Shown piece by piece: positions 8,929 to 18,121 of a stretch of 48,471 bases of DNA (position 1 is the stretch's first letter; every line of letters begins with the position of its first letter). Under the pieces are notes generated by a model. It was given only the letters and a program-made list of their open reading frames with translations. It made no database searches and was not told where the DNA came from. The DNA is from Rhodothermales bacterium (GTDB lineage Bacteria; Bacteroidota; Rhodothermia; Rhodothermales; ISCAR-4553), in contig JALSSK010000318.1 in assembly GCA_026984335.1 (NCBI GenBank), positions 1 to 48,471 of the forward strand, in the 5' to 3' direction. The position numbers and the translations under genes were made by a program.

Positions 8929-11442
8929 ATGAACGTTCCCTTTTATCATTTTCTCGCCGGCATATCGACGGCGGCGGCGGTGATCGGCGTCATCGTCCTG
9001 GTTCTGGCGCTCGGGTACGCCGGCGCGCCCCTCTGGCTATGGACGGCGGCCACGGCCGTCGCGCTCTACGGCTTCGGCGCGCCCGCCTGGCTGTGGATCG
9101 TCTTCGGCGTGCTCGCGGCGCTGTTCAACGTGACGGCGATCCGGCGCGGGCTGCTCAGCGCTTCGATCATGAAGCTGATGAAGGCGCTCCACTTCCTCCC
9201 GGCGATCTCCGAGACGGAGCGCACGGCCATCGAGGCGGGCACCGTGTGGGTCGAGGGCGAACTGTTCTCGGGCAAGCCCGACTTCAAACGCATCGTCAAC
9301 GAGCCGTATCCCGAACTGACCGAAGAGGAGCAGGCCTTCCTCGATGGTCCGGTCGAGGAACTGTGCCGGCTGACGAACGACTGGGACGTGTGGCAGCATC
9401 GGGAACTGCCGCCCGAGGTCTGGCAATACATCAAGGATCAGCGGTTCTTCGGCATGATCATTCCGAAGCGGTACGGCGGGCTCGGCTTCTCGGCGCTGCT
9501 CAACAGCGCCGTCGTGCAGAAGCTCTCCACGCGCAGTGGCCCGCTGGCCACGACCGTCATGGTGCCGAACTCGCTCGGCCCGGCGGAGCTGCTGATCCAC
9601 TACGGCACACAGGCGCAGCGGGATCATTACCTTCCGCGCCTGGCCACGGGTCAGGACATCCCGTGCTTCGCGCTCACCGAGCCGGGGGCGGGCTCCGACG
9701 CGGGCGCCATTGCCTCGAACGGCGTCGTCTTCAAGGGCGAGGACGGCAAGCTGTATCTGCGGCTGAACTGGAAGAAACGGTACATTACCCTCGGCGCCGT
9801 CGCCACGGTGATCGGGCTGGCGTTCAAACTGCGTGATCCGGACAACCTTCTCGGGAAGGGGACGAACCCCGGCATCACGTGCGCGCTCATCCCGGCGGAT
9901 ACGCCCGGCGTGGAGCAGGGCTACCGGCACGACCCGCTCGGCGTGCCGTTCTGGAACTGCCCGCTCGAGGGCCACGACGTCGTCGTTCCCGTCGACGCCA
10001 TCATCGGCGGCGTCGACGGCGCGGGCAACGGCTGGCGGATGCTCATGGAGTCGCTGGCGGCGGGGCGCGGCATCTCGCTCCCGGCCTCGGCGGCCGGCGG
10101 CTCGAAGCACGTCTTCCGCGTCGCCTCGGCCCACGCCACCGTCCGGCGGCAGTTCGGGCTGTCCATCGGCAAGTTCGAGGGCATCGAGGAACCGCTGGCC
10201 CGCATCGGCGGGTGGACGTACCTCCTCGAAGCCGCGCGCGTCTATACGTGCGGCGCGCTCGACCAGGGCGGCAAGCCCGCCGTCGTCACGGCCATGGCGA
10301 AGTACAACTTCACCGAACTCGGGCGGAAGATCATCAACGACGGCATGGACATCCTCGGCGGCAACGCCATCTCGCGCGGGCCGCGCAACCTCCTTGCCCA
10401 TGGCTACATCAACCAGCCCATCGGCATCACGGTCGAGGGCGCGAACATCCTCACGCGCACGCTCATGATCTTCGGGCAGGGAGCGATCCGGTGCCATCCG
10501 TACGCCTACAAGGAGATCGCGGCGCTCGGTGAGGGCGACGTCAAGGCGTTCGACGCCGCGTTGTGGAAGCACGTCGGCCACGTGGGGCGGAACAAGATTC
10601 GCGCCCTGCTCCTGAGCCTGACGCGCGGCTACCTCGGCGGTTCGCCGATCGACGGCCCGGCGGCGCGGTACGTGCGGAAGCTGAACTGGGCCTCGGCCTC
10701 GTTCGCCTTCTTCGCCGACCTGGCCATGGGCACGCTCGGCGGCGACCTCAAGCGGAAGGAGAAGATCACGGGCCGTTTCGCGGACATCTTCTCATGGATG
10801 TATCTGGCCTCCGCCGTGATCCGCCGGTTCGAGGCGGAAGGCCGCCCGAAGGAGGACCTCCCGTTCTTCCACTGGTCCATGCAGTACGCCATGAAGCAGA
10901 TCCAGGACGCCTTCGACGGGCTGTTCGCCAACCTCGAAGCGCCGGGGATGACGTGGCTCATCCGGGGACCGATCGCGTGGTGGTCGCGACTCAACCCCAT
11001 CGGCACGGGGCCGAGCGACCGGCTCGGGCACCGGGTGGCGCAGCTCATGCAGACGCCGGGCGAGCAGCGCGAACGTCTCGCGCGTGGCGGCTACGTGCCC
11101 GCCGATCCGAACGAGGCGCTCGGACGTCTCGAACGCGCGTTCCGGCTGACGGCCGAGGCGCACGAGGTCGAGCGCAAGCTCCGCGACGCCGTCAAGGCGA
11201 AGAAGCTCGAGAAGGCGTCTCCCGCGAAACTCGTCGCGCAGGCGCTCGAGAAAGGGATCATCGACGCAAAAGAGGCCGAACTGCTCCGTGAAGCCGAGGC
11301 GGCGCGGGAAGACGCCGTCCAGGTCGATGCCTTCACGCTGGAGGAATACAAACGCACGGCGCTCCGCCGCGAGGTCTCCGGCGGCGACGGCGCGGGTCCG
11401 GAAGCTGCTCCGGCTCCCGGCGGGACACCCGTGACGGCCTGA
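8929..11442 (+). CDS. fadE: Large membrane-associated acyl-CoA dehydrogenase (FadE type)
   Basis: 837 aa. Two N-terminal hydrophobic helices, the FALTEPGAGSDAGA motif and a long C-terminal extension, as in E. coli-type FadE. Confidence 0.9.
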   Translation: MNVPFYHFLAGISTAAAVIGVIVLVLALGYAGAPLWLWTAATAVALYGFGAPAWLWIVFGVLAALFNVTAIRRGLLSASIMKLMKALHFLPAISETERTAIEAGTVWVEGELFSGKPDFKRIVNEPYPELTEEEQAFLDGPVEELCRLTNDWDVWQHRELPPEVWQYIKDQRFFGMIIPKRYGGLGFSALLNSAVVQKLSTRSGPLATTVMVPNSLGPAELLIHYGTQAQRDHYLPRLATGQDIPCFALTEPGAGSDAGAIASNGVVFKGEDGKLYLRLNWKKRYITLGAVATVIGLAFKLRDPDNLLGKGTNPGITCALIPADTPGVEQGYRHDPLGVPFWNCPLEGHDVVVPVDAIIGGVDGAGNGWRMLMESLAAGRGISLPASAAGGSKHVFRVASAHATVRRQFGLSIGKFEGIEEPLARIGGWTYLLEAARVYTCGALDQGGKPAVVTAMAKYNFTELGRKIINDGMDILGGNAISRGPRNLLAHGYINQPIGITVEGANILTRTLMIFGQGAIRCHPYAYKEIAALGEGDVKAFDAALWKHVGHVGRNKIRALLLSLTRGYLGGSPIDGPAARYVRKLNWASASFAFFADLAMGTLGGDLKRKEKITGRFADIFSWMYLASAVIRRFEAEGRPKEDLPFFHWSMQYAMKQIQDAFDGLFANLEAPGMTWLIRGPIAWWSRLNPIGTGPSDRLGHRVAQLMQTPGEQRERLARGGYVPADPNEALGRLERAFRLTAEAHEVERKLRDAVKAKKLEKASPAKLVAQALEKGIIDAKEAELLREAEAAREDAVQVDAFTLEEYKRTALRREVSGGDGAGPEAAPAPGGTPVTA

Positions 11443-11580
11443 CACTCCTGCCCTCCGAGGACGAGAAGGCTCGTCCGTGCGCACGATGGCGAAGGTGCGC
11501 TCGGGCGGGCCTTCCTTCATGACGGTCCGGGAGTCATGGACCCCCGAACGTTTCGACGTTTGAACGTTATGGAGGCGCCC

Positions 11581-12291
11581 TCAGAACGTGTGCGCCAGCG
11601 TGCGGAGCGTGACGTGTCGGCTCTCGGGCGTGAACCACCCGTAATAGTCGGGTAAACGTTCCTCCACCGCCCGGACGAAGGCGTCGAGCAAGGGGAGGGA
11701 GCCCGGCGGGAGGTCATACACGAGGGTCGTACCGGGATGGTAGGCCCGGTAGTACGTGAGATCGTGCTCGGTGAGCGTCAGGCGGTCGAGGTACTGTTCG
11801 AGGTAGGGCTCGGTGAACTGGCGAAGGATATGCGCGACCTGTGCGCGGTGCTCCGGAGGTGGCACATCCTCGGGATCGGGTGGGCCGCCTTCGAGGGGGA
11901 TGCGATGGGTGATGACGCGCCGTTCGAGGCTCCGGCAGAGATAGACGACGACGGACAGCGCCTCGACGGTGAGAGGCTGAAGTTCCGAACCGAGGGCCTC
12001 GTTCCATGTGGCGCACAGGTCGAGGAGCATGCGCGCCTCGGCACGTCGGAGCGTACGGCCGGCCCGGAGTGCGCCCAGCGTCACCTTCGGCCACCGGCTG
12101 CCGGGATACTCGGGGCGGAGGCCGGGGATGCGACGTTCGATCTCCCGCTTGATGTTTAACAGCGTCTCGGAGAAGCCGTCAAAGGCGAACGTGAGCACGC
12201 CCGACCACGCCGTGAAGAAGGCGCGCGGCCGAAGGCGCGTGGCCCGGTGGGGCCGGATGATGCCGCTCAACACATCCAGTTCGGACGTCAT
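11581..12291 (-). CDS. Hypothetical protein
   Basis: 236-aa ORF co-directional with, and 40 nt downstream of, the hydratase. ATG 12291 follows GGGAGG; an alternative ATG is at 12312. No family recognised. The sequence ends ...ESRHVTLRTLAHTF. Confidence 0.55.
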   Translation of the reverse strand: MTSELDVLSGIIRPHRATRLRPRAFFTAWSGVLTFAFDGFSETLLNIKREIERRIPGLRPEYPGSRWPKVTLGALRAGRTLRRAEARMLLDLCATWNEALGSELQPLTVEALSVVVYLCRSLERRVITHRIPLEGGPPDPEDVPPPEHRAQVAHILRQFTEPYLEQYLDRLTLTEHDLTYYRAYHPGTTLVYDLPPGSLPLLDAFVRAVEERLPDYYGWFTPESRHVTLRTLAHTF

Positions 12292-12331
12292 GGCCCCTCC
12301 CGAAAGCTCCATGGCACAGGCGGGCGCATCG

Positions 12332-13210
12332 TCATCGGAACGTCACCGTGACTTCGCCGGGTTCGGAGGCGAGACCGGTATACCGGGCCGTGATGGTCTG
12401 TCCGGGGCGGACGGGCATCAGCGGGGTCAGGCTTCCGAGGGAGAGGAGGTCGCCGGGGCGAAGCGCGACGCCGTCCCGGGCGAGCGAGTCGCGCAGCCAC
12501 CGCACGACGTTCAGCGGGTGGCCGAGGAGCGCCGCGCCGTCTCCTTCGGCGAGCACGGCGCCCGTCGTGTCGAGGAGCGCCACGCGGAAGCGGCCCAGCC
12601 GGTCGTACGCATCGTCGAGGGCGGCGAGCGGGATCGCCTCGCCCACGATGCCCAGCCGCGCCCCCACGTTGACGGCGGCGAGGGCGGGTGCGTCGAGCGT
12701 CATCGCCGGGTCGTACATCAGATCAGGCAGTTCGAGGAAAGGGATCACGGCGTCGAGGGCGGCGAGCAGTTCGTCGTCCGTTCGCGCCCGGTTGACGGCT
12801 TCGCTCCCGATGCGGACGAGGAGGTCGCCCTCGAAGACGGGACGCGCGCCGAAGAGGGTGGGGACGACGGCGCCGGAGGGGCGGAGCATCTCCCGGAGGA
12901 GCACCCCGCGCACGGGCCGGTCCGCTCCGAATCGCGCCTGCGCCGCCGCGCTCGTGAGCCCGGCTTTGTATCCCACCGGCGGGCCGAAGCGGGGTTCGAG
13001 CGCCGACACGAAGGACGCCTGGATCGCCATGGCATCCGTCATCGTGAGCGTGTCGGCAAGCGGCGGAAAGAGCCGCATCGCCGCGTAGTCCGCGGCCATC
13101 CGCCGGGCGTCCGGGCCGGGCTTGTCGGCGCATCCGAGGAGGAGCGCGGCGCAGAGGACCGCCACCGCCGGGAGGCGGAATCGTTCAGACTTCGGACGAG
13201 GTGCGCGCAT
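12332..13210 (-). CDS. 2-keto-4-pentenoate hydratase / FAH-family (MhpD-like) protein with a lipoprotein signal peptide
   Basis: PVGYKAGLTS and the C-terminal GDLLSLGSLT are typical of the MhpD/4-oxalocrotonate decarboxylase family. The N-terminus MRAPRPKSERFRLPAVAVLCAALLLGC has a lipobox. Confidence 0.75.
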   Translation of the reverse strand: MRAPRPKSERFRLPAVAVLCAALLLGCADKPGPDARRMAADYAAMRLFPPLADTLTMTDAMAIQASFVSALEPRFGPPVGYKAGLTSAAAQARFGADRPVRGVLLREMLRPSGAVVPTLFGARPVFEGDLLVRIGSEAVNRARTDDELLAALDAVIPFLELPDLMYDPAMTLDAPALAAVNVGARLGIVGEAIPLAALDDAYDRLGRFRVALLDTTGAVLAEGDGAALLGHPLNVVRWLRDSLARDGVALRPGDLLSLGSLTPLMPVRPGQTITARYTGLASEPGEVTVTFR

Positions 13211-14018
13211 GGGACCGGGATTTGAGGAGCGTGCGCCAGTTCGAGCCGGCGTTCCGGCGGATCAGCGTGCCGAGCATCGACTTGCCGAGCCAGGCGAGGA
13301 GGCGGTTCGTCAGGCCGGGGATGACGATGACCGCGCCGCGCGCAAGCGCTTCGAGAGACGCGCGCACGACCGCATCGGAGGACATCCAGAGGAAGTCGGG
13401 GATTTGCGCGCGGTCGAACTTCGAGAAGGCGGGGGCGTCGTGGAACTCGGTGCGGGTGAAGCCGGGGCAGAGCGCCTGCACGGTCACGCCCGTGCCTTCG
13501 AGCTCGGCGTGGAGGGCTTCGGAGAAAGCGTTGAGATAGGCTTTGGTGGCGGCGTAGGTGGCGTTTCCGGGCGTCGGCCACCAGGCGGCTACGGAGGAGA
13601 CGTTCACGATGCCGCCGGCGCCGCGCGCGATCATGCGGGGCAGGGCCGCCCGCGTCAGGCGCATCGTGGCGAGCACGTGCACGTGCACCATGTCCAACTG
13701 ACCCTTGAGCGGCAGGTCGGCGAAGCGCCCGACCGTCCCAAACCCCGCATTGTTGACGAGCAGGTCGAGCGTGTCGCAGTCGATGAGGCGGGCTTCGACG
13801 CGGGCGACCCCCGCGTCCGTGGCCAGGTCGGCGGCCAACGCCTCGGCCGCTACGCCCTGCTGCGTGCGGAGCTCTTCGGCAAGCGCGGCCAGGCGTTCCA
13901 CCCGGCGGGCCACGAGGATGACGTCATAGCCCCGCTCGGCCAGACGGCGGGCGAAGACGGCTCCGATCCCGCTCGAAGCGCCGGTGATGAGCGCGGTTTT
14001 TTTCTCAGGAGGTTGCAT
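13185..14018 (-). CDS. SDR family oxidoreductase
   Basis: TGASSGIG cofactor motif and YAATKAY (YxxxK). Start set at ATG 14018 (MQPPEKKTALITG). The 3' end overlaps the hydratase start by 26 nt. Confidence 0.88.
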   Translation of the reverse strand: MQPPEKKTALITGASSGIGAVFARRLAERGYDVILVARRVERLAALAEELRTQQGVAAEALAADLATDAGVARVEARLIDCDTLDLLVNNAGFGTVGRFADLPLKGQLDMVHVHVLATMRLTRAALPRMIARGAGGIVNVSSVAAWWPTPGNATYAATKAYLNAFSEALHAELEGTGVTVQALCPGFTRTEFHDAPAFSKFDRAQIPDFLWMSSDAVVRASLEALARGAVIVIPGLTNRLLAWLGKSMLGTLIRRNAGSNWRTLLKSRSHARTSSEV

Positions 14019-14110
14019 GATCTGTCTCGTATGGCATGAATCGATGGGCTGTGCCGGCTGCATACCCCTCACGCGCCAACTCCCCGATGCCCGGATGCTT
14101 CAGCGCCATC

Positions 14111-14138
14111 ATTATAAGCACTGCGATCTCGAAAGCAA
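14111..14138 (-). promoter_or_regulatory. Sigma70-like promoter for the SDR-hydratase unit
   Basis: On the minus strand: TTGCTT, a 16-nt spacer, then a perfect TATAAT. The -10 ends about 90 nt upstream of ATG 14018. A perfect -10 stands out in GC-rich DNA. Confidence 0.4.
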
Positions 14139-14167
14139 GGGGGGAAGTCCCCATCCGTGCATCGCCG

Positions 14168-14554
14168 TCAAGAGAGCACCGTGTGTCCGGCTTCCGCGAG
14201 CGTCCGTACGGCGCGGGCAAGCGTCTCGGCGCGGACGAGCACGTAGCCGGTGTCGAAGGTGGAGAGAGCCAGGAGCGAAAGCCCGGCGTCGGCGAGCGGA
14301 TCGGCGAGGGCCGCCAGGATGCCGGTCAGCGCGAAGCGGAGGGGCCGTGAATCTTGAAGGCGCGGAAGCCGCGCTCGCATCGCATGCCGGGCGGGACGGC
14401 GGTCTCCGCGCATACGACGGATAGCTCATCCGGCGTTCGCGTGACCGAGGTCCGGGGGCCCGCATCGGCCCATGAGGGGGATTCGGCGTCGGGCGCGAGA
14501 CGGCATGAGCCGGGGCGGGAGGATCGGCAGGGTGAGCGAGACGCCGCGTGACAT
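14168..14554 (-). pseudogene. ACT-domain protein (COG3602/ACT_7-like) interrupted by two compensating frameshifts
   Basis: Frame A (ATG 14554) gives MSRGVSLTLPILPP, then a stop at 14426-14428. Frame B gives GSCRLAPDAESPSWADAGPRTSVTRTPDELSVVCAETAVPPGMRCERGFRAFKIHGP. Frame A resumes with LRFALTGILAALADPLADAGLSLLALSTFDTGYVLV...; the joined sequence is a normal 128-aa family member. The shifts map to G/C runs at 14512-14515 and 14341-14344. Confidence 0.55.
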
Positions 14555-14599
14555 GGCTATCGGAGAGGGGGGCGGAGGCGTACGGCGCCCGCCCCGGGA

Positions 14600-16297
14600 T
14601 TACGTCTGGATCACACCGGGGTTGAACGCCGCCATCTCGGGGTTGTGGTCGGCCATTGCGATGCCCCGGCTGATCCACCGGCGCGTGTCCACCGGGTCGA
14701 TGATCTCGTCCACCCACAGGCGGGCGGCGGCGTATCGGGGCTTCGTGTGCGCCTCGTACTTCTTTTCGATGGAGTGGAGCAGCGCCTGTTGCACCTCCTC
14801 CGACGGCGCTTTGCCCTGACGTTTGAGCTTCGCCAACTGGATCTGAAGGAGCACCTTCGCGGCCTGCTGCCCGCCCATGACGGAGATCTTGGCCGTGGGC
14901 CAGGCGAGCATCAGGCGCGGGTCGTAGGCGCGCCCGCACATGGCATAATTGCCCGCGCCGAACGAGTTGCCCAGCACAACGGTGAACTTCGGCACGACCG
15001 AGTTGGCGACGGCATTGACCATCTTCGCGCCGTCCTTGATGATGCCGCCGTGCTCGGCGCGCGTGCCCACCATGAAGCCTGTCACATCCTGGAGGAAGAC
15101 GATGGGGATGCGCTTCTGATTGCAGTTCATCACAAAGCGCGCCGCCTTGTCCGCCGAGTCGGAATAGATGACGCCGCCGGCCTGCAGCTCGTCGGTGTGC
15201 GCCTTTTTGCCGGCTTTTGCCTTCACGGTGATGCGCTGGTTGGCCACGATGCCCACGCTCCATCCGTCGATGCGGGCGTACCCGGTGAGGAGCGTCTGGC
15301 CGAAGCGGGCCTTGTACTCGGTCCACGAACCGGCGTCGACGATGCGGGCGAGGACCTCGCGCATGTCGTAGGGCTGGTTGCCGCTCGTGGGCATGAGGCC
15401 GTAGATCTCCTCGGGGTCGAAGGCGGGGGGGACGGGATCGATGCGGTTGAAGCCGAAGCGCGGGCGCGGGCCGAATTTGCTCACGAGGTCGCGGATCGTG
15501 GCGAGGCACGTCGCGTCGTCGGGCATTTCGTAGTCGGTTACGCCGGAGACCTGCGAGTGCGTGGCCGCGCCGCCGAGCGTCTGGATGTCCACGTCTTCGC
15601 CGATGGCCGCCTTCACGAGGAAGGGACCGGCCAGGAAGACCGACCCCGTGCCGTCGACGATGAGGGCCTCGTCGCTCATGATGGGCAGGTAGGCTCCGCC
15701 CGCCACGCAGTTGCCCATGATGGCGGCGATCTGCGGGATGCCCCGGCTCGACAGGATGGCGTTGTTCCGGAAGATGCGTCCGAAGTGCTCTTTGTCGGGG
15801 AAGATCTCATCCTGCATGGGCAGGTAGACGCCCGCCGAATCGACGAGATAGATGATCGGGAGGTGGTTCTCGAGCGCGATCTCCTGGGCGCGGAGGTTCT
15901 TCTTCGCCGTGATCGGAAACCATGCGCCCGCCTTCACGGTGGCGTCGTTGGCGACGACGAGGCACAGCCGCCTGCTCACGTGGCCGAGGCCCATCACCGT
16001 GCCGCCCGCCGGGCAGCCGCCTTCCTCCTCATACATCCCGTCTCCGGCGAAGAGCCCGAGCTCCATGAAATCGTCGGCGTCGTCGAGGAGCGCGGCGATG
16101 CGCTCGCGGGCGGTCATCTTGCCGCGTTGGTGCTCGCGTTCGATGCGTTTCGGGCCGCCGCCGAGCCGGATCCGCTCCGCATCGGCACGCAACGCTTCGA
16201 GCAGGCTGCGATAGTGTTCGGCCCGCTTCTGAAACGAAGGCCGGTCCGTGGGCGCGGGGGAACCGAGGGTGGAGAGATCGACGGAGGGGGTCGGCAT
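14600..16297 (-). CDS. Acyl-CoA carboxylase carboxyltransferase (beta) subunit (methylcrotonyl-/propionyl-CoA carboxylase type)
   Basis: 565 aa with VANDATVKAGAW, GNCVAGGAYLPIMSD and the duplicated crotonase-like carboxyltransferase architecture. Confidence 0.92.
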   Translation of the reverse strand: MPTPSVDLSTLGSPAPTDRPSFQKRAEHYRSLLEALRADAERIRLGGGPKRIEREHQRGKMTARERIAALLDDADDFMELGLFAGDGMYEEEGGCPAGGTVMGLGHVSRRLCLVVANDATVKAGAWFPITAKKNLRAQEIALENHLPIIYLVDSAGVYLPMQDEIFPDKEHFGRIFRNNAILSSRGIPQIAAIMGNCVAGGAYLPIMSDEALIVDGTGSVFLAGPFLVKAAIGEDVDIQTLGGAATHSQVSGVTDYEMPDDATCLATIRDLVSKFGPRPRFGFNRIDPVPPAFDPEEIYGLMPTSGNQPYDMREVLARIVDAGSWTEYKARFGQTLLTGYARIDGWSVGIVANQRITVKAKAGKKAHTDELQAGGVIYSDSADKAARFVMNCNQKRIPIVFLQDVTGFMVGTRAEHGGIIKDGAKMVNAVANSVVPKFTVVLGNSFGAGNYAMCGRAYDPRLMLAWPTAKISVMGGQQAAKVLLQIQLAKLKRQGKAPSEEVQQALLHSIEKKYEAHTKPRYAAARLWVDEIIDPVDTRRWISRGIAMADHNPEMAAFNPGVIQT

Positions 16298-16403
16298 ACG
16301 GACAAAGGGGTTGAACCAGAAGGGAGGGCGTGCGAAACCGGCTCCTCACCGATGAGCCGGGCCGGAGGCCGGGAAGGGGACGAAGTTACCGTCCTTCCCG
16401 GCC

Positions 16404-16431
16404 AAAAAAAAGCCCGACCACGAGGGCCGGG
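16404..16431 (-). terminator. Rho-independent terminator of the CsbD-like gene
   Basis: On the minus strand: CCCGGCC-CTCGT-GGTCGGG (7 bp including one G-U), then C and T8. Confidence 0.6.
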
Positions 16432-16486
16432 ACTAAAGATACCTACCGGAGCCGGCATCTGATTGGACAAGGCCGACGTGTCCGCC

Positions 16487-16681
16487 TTACAGGAAGGCAG
16501 AGATTTTCTGAAAGATCTCGGAACGCGGCTCGCCCGTCTTCTCGTGAATCAGGTTCACCATTTTATCTAGATTGCCACGCGCCTTTTTCATCTCTTTGTC
16601 CCCGAAATCGTATTCGCTCCAGAGGGTCTGGATCTGAGCTTTGACGCGCCCCCAGCTTTCATTCATACTCGCGGTCGCCAT
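16487..16681 (-). CDS. CsbD/YjbJ-like general stress protein
   Basis: 64 aa, MATASMNESWGRVKAQIQTLWSEYDFGDKEMKKARGNLDKMVNLIHEKTGE. This fits the W-x2-VK...W...E...G-x-x-D-x-h...I-x-E-x-x-G pattern. GGAGG lies 4 nt upstream of the ATG. Confidence 0.65.
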   Translation of the reverse strand: MATASMNESWGRVKAQIQTLWSEYDFGDKEMKKARGNLDKMVNLIHEKTGEPRSEIFQKISAFL

Positions 16682-16830
16682 GATGCCTCCATTGGGTGGG
16701 TTGTAAAATCTCTCGGAGCAGTTTTGACCCCGCGAAGGGGGGACAGGTTTCCATTTTGACGTAATCTTCTTCGCAAGACGTGGCCCTTTCCCGGCGAGGG
16801 GCGTATAGGCGGGCTTGTCTTTCGAAGGAA

Positions 16831-17289
16831 TTACATTCCCGCGGTCAGGCGATGCCAGAACATCAGGATGAAGACCGTCACCCAGAGCAGGTGTCCGATG
16901 CCGGTAAACATGCTGATCTTCCGTTGCGCCAGGGCCGCCGCATCCGTCCGGTCCTCCTGGAGCGCATGCCGCATCGCCCGCCACTGGGGGCGGAGCCCGA
17001 GGTAATGGAGGGCGAGCATAATGAGCACCAGAAGCATGCCCGTGTGAATGTTGGGGCCGTAGTTGGCGGGCCCGCCCGTCACGAAGGCGCCGAGGCCGAA
17101 GACGAACGCGAGGAGCAGGAAGATGCCGATTTCCCGGATGCCCCGATCCAGATTCTCGGCCACCGTCGTCGCGGCGTCGTGGTCGAGCTTAAGCAGGAGC
17201 CGGGTTTGCGCGCCGAGCCGGAGGGTGAGCCCGAACCACGCGGCGGCCATGAGGACGTGAAGGACGACGAACAATGCCTGGAGAAACAT
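16831..17289 (-). CDS. Integral membrane protein (about 4 TM), unknown function
   Basis: 152 aa from ATG 17289 (MFLQALFVVLHVLMAAAWFG...) with four hydrophobic segments. The upstream part of the track ORF is Arg/Ser-rich non-coding-like sequence. Confidence 0.6.
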   Translation of the reverse strand: MFLQALFVVLHVLMAAAWFGLTLRLGAQTRLLLKLDHDAATTVAENLDRGIREIGIFLLLAFVFGLGAFVTGGPANYGPNIHTGMLLVLIMLALHYLGLRPQWRAMRHALQEDRTDAAALAQRKISMFTGIGHLLWVTVFILMFWHRLTAGM

Positions 17290-17392
17290 GGCTGGTGTGC
17301 GGTAGGTGGGGAAAAGCGTTGCCCGAAGATAGGGCTTCCCCGCCGAAGACCCGAAGTTTCTCGCGGCGGGCGCGCGTTTCTCCTCGAAGAAT

Positions 17393-18121
17393 TCAGGCAT
17401 CTCCGCCGGGGAGCGAGAGCCGGCGGAGCAACTTGCGCTTGGCGATGGGCAGCACCGTGGGCTCGTACGGGAAGTCGAGCGCCGTCTCGATGAGATACGT
17501 GGCCGGATTAGGGAACTCCCGGCGTTCCGCCAGCAAATCGAGCTTAACCACCTGCGGCGCCACGTCAACACCGGCGTACTCGATGGTTTTGACGTGCGTG
17601 GTCTTCAGGCTACGGAACCGTTCCTCCGCACTCGTGAAGATGGACAGGTGGTACTGGAGAATGTACATGCGCCGGGAACGCCGGTCGGGCACGAGGAGGT
17701 AGCCTTCCTCCACGTACGAGGGCACCAGCCCCACCTCTTCGATATAGAGATGATCCTCGACGAATTCGAAGATCGTGCGCCCCTCCTCGATGGCGTCCTG
17801 GATCAGCGGAAGGGCCCACTGGATGAGCTCCTCGATGAGGCCCATGTGCCCCGTTCCCAGTTCCGGCTTTTCGAAAAGCACCTCGCGCGTCTCCGGGTCG
17901 ATGCCCTTGAGAACGCCGGGCAGGGACTTCTGGAGGTCGTCGAGGCTGCCGAGAAGACGCCGGAGAGCGCCGTGCACCTCGACGAGTTCGCCCAGGTGCG
18001 GGTAGATGATGTTTCGCGAGAACGCTCCGCGTATCCGTTTCAGGCGATCGAGTATCCGGTACTGGGCGCCCTCGAAATCAGCGCCGGCGCTCAGGAAAAG
18101 ATCGAGGCTGAGTCGGGACAT
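17393..18121 (-). CDS. Hypothetical protein
   Basis: 242 aa from ATG 18121 (MSRLSLDLFLSAG...); the track ORF starts at GTG 18157. The composition is balanced and protein-like. No family recognised. Confidence 0.6.
   Translation of the reverse strand: MSRLSLDLFLSAGADFEGAQYRILDRLKRIRGAFSRNIIYPHLGELVEVHGALRRLLGSLDDLQKSLPGVLKGIDPETREVLFEKPELGTGHMGLIEELIQWALPLIQDAIEEGRTIFEFVEDHLYIEEVGLVPSYVEEGYLLVPDRRSRRMYILQYHLSIFTSAEERFRSLKTTHVKTIEYAGVDVAPQVVKLDLLAERREFPNPATYLIETALDFPYEPTVLPIAKRKLLRRLSLPGGDA

Noticed and set aside
9037-10581. 514-aa minus-strand ORF and several 200-aa plus-strand alternative frames inside fadE
   Set aside because: These are shadow frames of the acyl-CoA dehydrogenase gene.
11459-11476. 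GGACGAG-aagg-CTCGTCC hairpin after fadE as an intrinsic terminator
   Set aside because: The 7-bp stem is good, but no T-tract follows on either strand. It may be a stabiliser or part of the repeat family and is not called as a terminator.
14112-16462. Long alternative-frame and opposite-strand ORFs (14112-15509 minus, 465 aa; 14645-16462 plus, 605 aa)
   Set aside because: They overlap the carboxyltransferase gene. Their sequences are Arg/Pro/His-rich with no recognisable domains.
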